Assembly (NCBI GenBank): GCA_964485755.1
Contig: CAZAKG010000001.1
Location: 1-47,393 of the forward strand
Direction of reading: 5' to 3'
Length of the DNA: 47,393 nucleotides
DNA from: an uncultured Candidatus Bathyarchaeia archaeon
GTDB lineage: Archaea; Thermoproteota; Bathyarchaeia; TCS64
The notes beneath the pieces were generated by a model. It did not search any database. It was not told the origin of the DNA and was given only the letters and a program-made list of their open reading frames with translations. The stretch's first letter is position 1. Each line of letters begins with the position of its first letter. The position numbers were made by a program, and so were the translations under genes. Shown piece after piece: positions 41,794 to 47,393 of this stretch.

Positions 41794-43410
41794 ATGGAGC
41801 CGAGGCAGGGACCCAAGGACGTCGTGTCAGGGAGGCACGGGGTGGTGAGCAGCAGCCACCCCGAGGTGAGCAGGATCATGGTGGACGTGATGAAGGCGGG
41901 CGGCAACGCCGTGGACGCGGCCGTGGCGGGGAGCCTGGCCGGACCCGTATACGAGCCTCACATGACCACCCACAGCGGCACAGTCAGCTTCCTCTACTGG
42001 GACACCGACACGGGGCGCAGCTATTTCATGGACGCGTCCCCCACCCTGCCCGAAGGGCTGCCCCCCTTCTGCCCCCACCCCTACTCTAAGGATACGGCTG
42101 CGGCGATCCCCGGCTCCCCCGCAGGGTTGAAGGCTATGCTGGGGCGCTTCGGCTCCATGGAGTGGAGGGAGCTTATCCAGCCAGCTATTAAGGCCGCGAG
42201 GGAGGGCCACAGGGTGACAAGCTGGGAGTACGCCCTCCTCTACGGCGGCTCAGGTGGAAGGAGCAGCACCTTGGAGGGGCGAACCTACTTCCCCAGCGGC
42301 AGAAGCCACTACGCCCCCGGCGGCTTCCAGGTACCCGCGGGCTCCCTCTGGATGCAGCCCGACCTGGCCGAGACCCTGGAGCGCTCAGCCGCTGAGGGGC
42401 CCGACTACTTCACATCGGGCCGCTGGGCAGAGCGCCTCGTGGAGGAAGCCAACGCCCTGGGCTGGGGCATCACCTTGGAGCACGTGGCCGGGTATGAGCC
42501 CGTGTGGGTGGACCCCGTGAAGGTCAGCTACGGGGAGGACGAGGTAATAGGCATCCCTCCGCCCCAGAGAGGAGGATTCTACACAGGGTTCCTGCTGGGC
42601 GTGCTAAAAAACTTCGACCTCCAATCCATGGGGCACTACACCGAGTCCGCTGAGACCCTCGCCTTGATGGCCTGGACCCTCAGCAGGGCCCACAACGACA
42701 GGAGCCTCATCCACGACGGCGACTACTACGACAACCCATTGGAGGCTCTGCTATCAGAGGAGTACCTCAGGGCCACGGCTCAGCTATGGAAGAGCGGCCG
42801 CCCCAGGAAGGACCTGTCTGGCTACCTCAGCCTCACGCACGGTAAGCCGGCCCACACCGGCAGCCTGCCATCAACGGGCCACGTACCTCACGACAGCTGT
42901 GAGCTCAGTATAGTCGATGGGTACGGTAACTGGGTGCAGATGATGGAGACGAGCGGAGGAGGCATCCCGGGCGTCGTGGTGGACGGGGTGCCCGGCAGCG
43001 GCGTAGGGTGGGAGCGCTACGCCATGGTGGAACCCGGGGGACGCACCCAGCACGCCATAGCCAACACCATCGTGACCCGTGGCGACGAGCCTTGGATGGG
43101 CCTGGGCAGCCCAGGCGACTGCATATTCACTGTCCCACAGGTCCTCGTCAGCGTCCTCGGGTACGGGTGGGAGCCGTACCCAGCCATAGATGCGCCCAGG
43201 TTCTGGCCCCTCAGGGACGACTGGACCATAGAGGTGGAGAGCAGGCTGCCCCTGAGGGTGGTTGAAGACCTGAAGAGGATGGGCTTCATGACTCGCCCCC
43301 TCGGAGAGTACCACTGGCCCATGGGTAGCATGCAGTGTACATGGCGGAGCGATGGGGTCCTCCGCGGCGCGGCTGACCCTCGGCGCCTGGGGGTCGCCCT
43401 CGGCTACTGA
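41794..43410 (+). CDS. gamma-glutamyltransferase (GGT) family Ntn-hydrolase with an atypical processing-site residue
   Basis: 538 aa. The N-terminus GVVSSSHPEVSRIMVDVMKAGGNAVDAAVA and the later SIVDGYGNWVQMMETSGGG are GGT-like. Where GGTs have T-T-H-x-S-V-V-D, this protein has S368-C369-E-L-S-I-V-D (42895-42900). Confidence 0.8.
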   Translation: MEPRQGPKDVVSGRHGVVSSSHPEVSRIMVDVMKAGGNAVDAAVAGSLAGPVYEPHMTTHSGTVSFLYWDTDTGRSYFMDASPTLPEGLPPFCPHPYSKDTAAAIPGSPAGLKAMLGRFGSMEWRELIQPAIKAAREGHRVTSWEYALLYGGSGGRSSTLEGRTYFPSGRSHYAPGGFQVPAGSLWMQPDLAETLERSAAEGPDYFTSGRWAERLVEEANALGWGITLEHVAGYEPVWVDPVKVSYGEDEVIGIPPPQRGGFYTGFLLGVLKNFDLQSMGHYTESAETLALMAWTLSRAHNDRSLIHDGDYYDNPLEALLSEEYLRATAQLWKSGRPRKDLSGYLSLTHGKPAHTGSLPSTGHVPHDSCELSIVDGYGNWVQMMETSGGGIPGVVVDGVPGSGVGWERYAMVEPGGRTQHAIANTIVTRGDEPWMGLGSPGDCIFTVPQVLVSVLGYGWEPYPAIDAPRFWPLRDDWTIEVESRLPLRVVEDLKRMGFMTRPLGEYHWPMGSMQCTWRSDGVLRGAADPRRLGVALGY

Positions 43411-43458
43411 AAGCCATGGGCTTCAGTTGAGGCACCTCAGGCTTGTAGACTCCCACGT

Positions 43459-45780
43459 CTATTTGGTCTCATCCTTTCCCAGAGGAAGCTTGAAGGTCAC
43501 CGTGGTGCCTTTTCCCTCCTTCGACTCCACACCTATGGAGCCCCCGTGGGCCTCAACGGTCCTCTTACAGAAGGCCAAGCCCAGACCCATGCCTCCCGGC
43601 TTCGTGGTGTAGAAGGGTTTGAAGAGGTTGAACATCGCATCGCTGGACATCCCTCGGCCATTGTCCACGACCTTGACCTCCAGTCCATCTCCCACGTTCG
43701 TCAGGGTCACGCTTACCGTCCCCTCAGTCCTTATCGACTCCACCGCGTTGTTGATGAGGTTCTCTAGGACCCTCCTAACCTTCAATGGGTCCACGGAGAC
43801 CTTGGCGACGTCCTCAGCCTCCACCTTAATGGATACCTTAGGAGGATGAGGCATCTCCCTGACTGTGTCCTCTACAAGCCTCCTAAGGTTTGTAGGCGCC
43901 AGTGTTAGAGGCTCCTCCCTGGTCCTCTGACGCAGTTCGTCCAGCATCCTCAGGGACCTGTCAACTGCGCCCTCGATGAGGTCCAGCATCCGGAATGTCA
44001 GCTCCGGCTTCTGCTTGATCATGTAGACTGCGTTCTTCACAGATTGTAGAGGGCTGCGGAGGTCATGGCCCACCATGGAGGCCACCCTGCCGGCCGTGGC
44101 CATCCTCTCCGCCTCAAGAAGCTCGCTGCTCCTCTCCTCCACGTCCTTCTCCAGCCGCTCGGTGTGCTCCCTGAGCCTTTCCTGAGACAGCCTGATGTCA
44201 GTCACGTCTCTGACGAGCCCTATGTACCCTGTCCTGGAGTCTCCCTTGGACACCGGCTTGAAGATGGCTTCGAAGTAGCTGACGCCCCTTTTCCTTGATG
44301 CGTACTTTACCTTTGTGAAGTCCCGCCGGGCCTCGACGCGTATTTCCTCGTCCGACCTGAGTCTATCCTTTTGATCCTGTGACAGGCTACTGTCCCTGAA
44401 GAGGTTCCATCCGTGTAAGTCCTCCACGCTGCCTACCCCGAAATAACCTAGGCTCGTCGGGTTAGCTTCGATGATGGTGCCTTTGCTGTCGTAGATCTCT
44501 ATGCCTATGGGTGACTCCATGTAGATGCTTCTGAACCATTTATCTGGCTCTATTAGGGCTCTCTCCATCCTCTTCCTGATGCGGCCGTAGGCCGTCTCAA
44601 TGTAGAGGCTCAGGGTCTCCAGCAGTCTCCTGTCGTTGTCGCTGAAGGCGTTTGGCTTCGAGTCAGCTACATGCAGGACACCCTCCACTCTGCCCTCAAG
44701 CCTGAAGGGCACCATGAAGACGCTGCGTGGTTTGAATACATCTGGGGGCAGCGTGTGGACGTAGTACGGGTCGTCCATGGTGTCAGGGATCAGGATCGCT
44801 CTGCCTTCCTTTACGCACCTGACCTGCGTCGAGCTTCCGTTGAGGAGGAATCGGAACTCCGCTCCCCCCATGTCCCCTGGCCTAAAAACCAGCTCATCTC
44901 CCTCAATTAGGCCGATGCACCCTCTGTCGAAGCCCGCGACATCTAGAATTGCGCCCTGCGACGCTTTCTCCAGCTCCTTTATTGTACTGGCTTCACCTAT
45001 CTTGGCGGCGCTCTCGTAGAGCCTCTCAAGCTTCTCCTCCGACCTGACCTGCTCACTGATGTTCTCGAAGGCGACCACCAGCCTGTCTCCGATTATGGGG
45101 AAGGCGGATAACCTGAAGTAGCCTCTGATCTTGGGGGATTCCCAGAGGAGCCTACCATACTTGACTTGTGTGCCCTCCTTTACTGCCTTCAAGTACTCCC
45201 GCTTCAACGGTGCACCCGTGGGCCCCCAAAGCTCGTCGAACTCTTTCCCGACAACCTCGTCTCTATCCATGTTGGTCTGTCTCATGGCCTCGGGATTGCA
45301 GTCGACGAGAACCAGCCCGTCGGGGGCGACGAACCTGTAGATGAAGACCCCGCTGGGAAGCTGCCTCAAGACGTGGCTGGAGGTCTGGAGACTCTCCTTG
45401 AGCTCGTTCTCTGCACGCTTCTTCTCCACGGCCTGTCTGATGCTCTTCGCCAGGACCCTGTAGTGGCTGGGGTTCATCTCTTTGCGGACGTAGTCGTCCA
45501 CCCCCACCGTGAAGGCTGCCTGAGCCACTTCCTCGCTTCCATGGCCAGTGTAGATGATGAAGGGTATATCGTGGCTCTTCTTCACCTGTTCGGCGAACTT
45601 GATGCCGTTTACCTTGGGCATCATGTAGTCGGAGACGATGCAGTCGTACTGCTTCTCCTCTAGCCTCTTGAGGGCCTCCTCAGCCGAGCTCGCTGAATCC
45701 ACTTCGAGGGCTGCATCATTTTCGCGTAGAAAGATCCCGAGAAACTTGGCGTGGTCTTCCTCGTCCTCGACGTGAAGCAC
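43459..45780 (-). CDS. hybrid sensor: receiver (REC)-PAS-GAF-PAS-histidine kinase
   Basis: 773 aa with a GTG start. The REC domain has VEDEEDH...CIVSDYMMPKVNG...YTGHG. PAS-like and GAF-like segments follow. The H-box is MVGHDLRSPL. The HATPase N/G boxes are NLINNAVES, DNGRGM and GGMGLGLAF. Confidence 0.85.
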   Translation of the reverse strand: MLHVEDEEDHAKFLGIFLRENDAALEVDSASSAEEALKRLEEKQYDCIVSDYMMPKVNGIKFAEQVKKSHDIPFIIYTGHGSEEVAQAAFTVGVDDYVRKEMNPSHYRVLAKSIRQAVEKKRAENELKESLQTSSHVLRQLPSGVFIYRFVAPDGLVLVDCNPEAMRQTNMDRDEVVGKEFDELWGPTGAPLKREYLKAVKEGTQVKYGRLLWESPKIRGYFRLSAFPIIGDRLVVAFENISEQVRSEEKLERLYESAAKIGEASTIKELEKASQGAILDVAGFDRGCIGLIEGDELVFRPGDMGGAEFRFLLNGSSTQVRCVKEGRAILIPDTMDDPYYVHTLPPDVFKPRSVFMVPFRLEGRVEGVLHVADSKPNAFSDNDRRLLETLSLYIETAYGRIRKRMERALIEPDKWFRSIYMESPIGIEIYDSKGTIIEANPTSLGYFGVGSVEDLHGWNLFRDSSLSQDQKDRLRSDEEIRVEARRDFTKVKYASRKRGVSYFEAIFKPVSKGDSRTGYIGLVRDVTDIRLSQERLREHTERLEKDVEERSSELLEAERMATAGRVASMVGHDLRSPLQSVKNAVYMIKQKPELTFRMLDLIEGAVDRSLRMLDELRQRTREEPLTLAPTNLRRLVEDTVREMPHPPKVSIKVEAEDVAKVSVDPLKVRRVLENLINNAVESIRTEGTVSVTLTNVGDGLEVKVVDNGRGMSSDAMFNLFKPFYTTKPGGMGLGLAFCKRTVEAHGGSIGVESKEGKGTTVTFKLPLGKDETK

Positions 45781-45851
45781 CTTAATTATGCCCGCATCTG
45801 TCTGGTCTATCGGGAGTCCTCCTCTTCTGAAGCTTCACCAGCCCTTTTTAA

Positions 45852-45863
45852 GTTTCATGAAAC
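45852..45863. promoter_or_regulatory. perfect 12-bp palindrome in a divergent promoter region
   Basis: GTTTCATGAAAC lies between the kinase start (45780) and the ORF at 45899, next to the A/T-rich CTTTTTAAG. Confidence 0.35.
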
Positions 45864-45898
45864 ATGAATAAGAGTGTCTCCCTCGAGGCGCCCTTGAC

Positions 45899-46861
45899 AT
45901 GAGGCTTATGCTTGCAGAGCCGCCTAAAAACTTCTGCTTCATGATGGGGCAGTATGTTCCACCCCCCTTCGGTTTACTCTGTTTGGCGGCTTACCTTGAG
46001 GAGAAGTACCCTGAAGCCGAGGTGGATGTGGTGGGCTCACAGGCTGAAGACCTCGGCTGGCGGGGCATGGAGGAAAGAGGTTCGGAGTCCATGCCCGACG
46101 TTGTGGCGCCCTCCGGGATGGCTACATCCAACGCCTTCTACGCCGTCAGAGTCGCGGAGTTAGCTAAACGGGTGAACTCCTCTCTAAACGGAAGAGGGGT
46201 ACAATTGCTTTTCATTTCCATCTCTCTCGCTGGACTGATGATCTTGGCGCGGCTACCTTTCATCGACGGTGTCCCCCATATAACTTTCCCATTCCAGACA
46301 GAGATCACGGGAACCCTGTTCATAGCCATCTGTGTATTTGGTATAGTGGCAGCGGTCTCACCCCGCAGCCTATGTGGACCAGGCCACGGCTCGTCGTCCT
46401 CAAGGACGGTGGGTCACCACCCGGACTGCGATCGGTTCAGGGGTCACGTTGTTTGGTTCAACGGCCATCCTCTCTGCGCGGGCTGCAGCGGCTTAGCTCT
46501 CGGCGCCTTGATAGCGATCATGGGCTCAGTCCTCTACTTCTTCCTGGGGCTCCATCTCTTTATGCCAGAGGCGGTCTTCTGGTTAGGTGTGGCATCAGTA
46601 GCCCTCGGGCTCACCCAGCACTTCATTGACCTTGACAGCCCCCACGTCCACCTATTACTGAATGTTGCTCTGGTCTGTGGCTCCTTCATGCTGGCCTCTT
46701 CGTTAGACGCCATGAGGGCCAGCTTCTACGTGGAGGCGTACCACCTGGGGCTTGTGGTCTTCTGGGTAGCCACGAGGATAAGGGTGAGCCAGGAAGAACA
46801 TTTGCTGGTATGCTCGGCCTGCGGCTTGGAGTGTGACAAGGGATTCAGGGCTGCACATTAG
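45899..46861 (+). CDS. DUF2085-like membrane protein carrying an N-terminal fragment of a radical-SAM B12-binding domain (fusion or pseudogene junction)
   Basis: 320 aa. Residues 1-95 (LAEPPKNF..VPPPFGLLCLAAYLEEKYPEAEVDVV...MPDVVAPSGMATSNAFYAVRVAELAKRV) look like the start of a B12-binding radical SAM enzyme, but no CxxxCxxC core follows. The rest is polytopic, with HHPDCDRFRGHVVWFNGHPLCAGCSGLALG resembling the DUF2085 motif. Internal ATG at 46238. Confidence 0.6.
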   Translation: MRLMLAEPPKNFCFMMGQYVPPPFGLLCLAAYLEEKYPEAEVDVVGSQAEDLGWRGMEERGSESMPDVVAPSGMATSNAFYAVRVAELAKRVNSSLNGRGVQLLFISISLAGLMILARLPFIDGVPHITFPFQTEITGTLFIAICVFGIVAAVSPRSLCGPGHGSSSSRTVGHHPDCDRFRGHVVWFNGHPLCAGCSGLALGALIAIMGSVLYFFLGLHLFMPEAVFWLGVASVALGLTQHFIDLDSPHVHLLLNVALVCGSFMLASSLDAMRASFYVEAYHLGLVVFWVATRIRVSQEEHLLVCSACGLECDKGFRAAH

Positions 46862-46909
46862 AGTAATGTTTCTATAATGGATGTTCGTATCCTGTCTTAG
46901 GTGTGATCA

Positions 46910-47215
46910 ATGGTTTACTGTACAAAGTGTGGGACCGAGAACGAGGAGAACGCCGAGACATGTAAAAACTGTGGGACTAGCCTCAACCCCCCTGTCTACA
47001 AGTTCAGGCGGAGGGACTGGGACCCTGAGAACGACTGCTTCGGCGGACGCAGCAGGACCACGTGGCCCATCCTCATCGGGGCCTTCCTCATACTGCTGGG
47101 GTTGTCGAGTCTCCTAGAGGACACGTTCTGGTGGGCAAGCTTCGACCAACTCTGGCCCCTGTTCATCATCGCCATCGGCGTCCTCATCGTCAGCAACGCC
47201 TTTAGAAGGCGTTAA
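46910..47215 (+). CDS. zinc-ribbon domain membrane protein
   Basis: 101 aa. The N-terminal ribbon is C-x2-C-x11-C-x2-C (CTKCGTENEENAETCKNCG). Two C-terminal hydrophobic helices follow (WPILIGAFLILLGLSSLL, LWPLFIIAIGVLIV). Confidence 0.7.
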   Translation: MVYCTKCGTENEENAETCKNCGTSLNPPVYKFRRRDWDPENDCFGGRSRTTWPILIGAFLILLGLSSLLEDTFWWASFDQLWPLFIIAIGVLIVSNAFRRR

Positions 47216-47222
47216 CCCGACT

Positions 47223-47393
47223 CTATTTTGTTTCTTGCTGCCTCAGGCGTTCGTACAGTATTATGGCTGTGGCTACGCTCACGTTCAGCGAGTCCAGGTG
47301 GCCTCTCATGGGTATCCTCACCACCTTGTCGCACTTGGACATGAGGGTGGGGTTTATCCCTTTGTCTTCCCCTCCCACGACGAGCGCGACTGG
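47223..47393 (-). CDS. SpoU/TrmH-family RNA 2'-O-methyltransferase, C-terminal part (5' end outside the window)
   Basis: It is not in the ORF track because it has no start in the window. My minus-strand translation is PVALVVGGEDKGINPTLMSKCDKVVRIPMRGHLDSLNVSVATAIILYERLRQQETK-stop. This matches SPOUT motifs 2-3 (G.E..G......D..V.IPM.G...SLNVS.A..I.LYE). Confidence 0.75.
   Translation of the reverse strand, partial: PVALVVGGEDKGINPTLMSKCDKVVRIPMRGHLDSLNVSVATAIILYERLRQQETK

Noticed and set aside
1-47393. CRISPR arrays, IS elements or transposases, integrases, and rRNA or other large structured RNAs.
   Set aside because: I found no regularly spaced direct repeats. No ORF has DDE-transposase, tyrosine/serine-recombinase or Cas-like motifs. 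Only the short repeats and the tRNA fragments reported above are present.

Overview
This 47.4-kb window reads as an archaeal chromosome segment. The evidence is archaeal-type tRNA genes, A/T-rich TATA-like boxes about 25-35 nt upstream of tRNAs and of many start codons (many genes look leaderless), oligo-T terminators, and a Tfx-like regulator and Isf-type flavoprotein. No finer taxonomy can be claimed from the sequence alone. I call about 48 protein genes, three tRNAs (Asn-GUU, Thr-CGU, Thr-UGU) and one decayed tRNA-Thr copy. Most of the window is G+C-rich and densely packed with metabolic and housekeeping genes: an enolase-superfamily enzyme, M20 peptidase, PhtD-like protein, family-3 amidohydrolase, sulfatase-family protein, ABC-2 exporter, ferritin, SAM methyltransferase, ThiL, family III CoA-transferase, DHDPS-family lyase, OsmC, M17 aminopeptidase, URO-D-family protein, AKR/Fe-S oxidoreductase, Tag glycosylase, GGT-family protein and a hybrid histidine kinase. 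High G+C also produces many long off-frame and antisense ORFs in the track, which I reject. I saw no CRISPR array, transposase, integrase or rRNA. The parts worth a second look are as follows. (1) A visibly lower-G+C islet next to a partial tRNA-Thr duplicate encodes a Nudix hydrolase fused to a helical linker and a 4-TM module. (2) A divergent four-gene module contains a Tfx-like HTH and a bPH-domain membrane protein on one side, and a ChlI-like AAA+ ATPase and a coiled-coil/vWA protein on the other, with no chelatase H/CobN partner. (3) A membrane-anchored collagen-like (G-X-Y)18 protein sits beside an orphan Trp/Tyr/Cys-rich protein and a 108-bp unit bounded by 17/18-nt inverted repeats (MITE-like or structured RNA). 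(4) A family of short intergenic repeats in the first 8.6 kb includes one copy with the exact geometry of a tRNA 3' half. (5) Several decay or fusion signatures occur: an orphan AbrB/VapB-like gene with a vestigial PIN start, and a radical-SAM B12-domain fragment fused to a DUF2085 membrane protein. There are also active-site oddities: Thr in the sulfatase C/S-x-P-x-R position, and Ser-Cys at the GGT autoprocessing site. All functional calls come from motif recognition by eye, and no database search was run.
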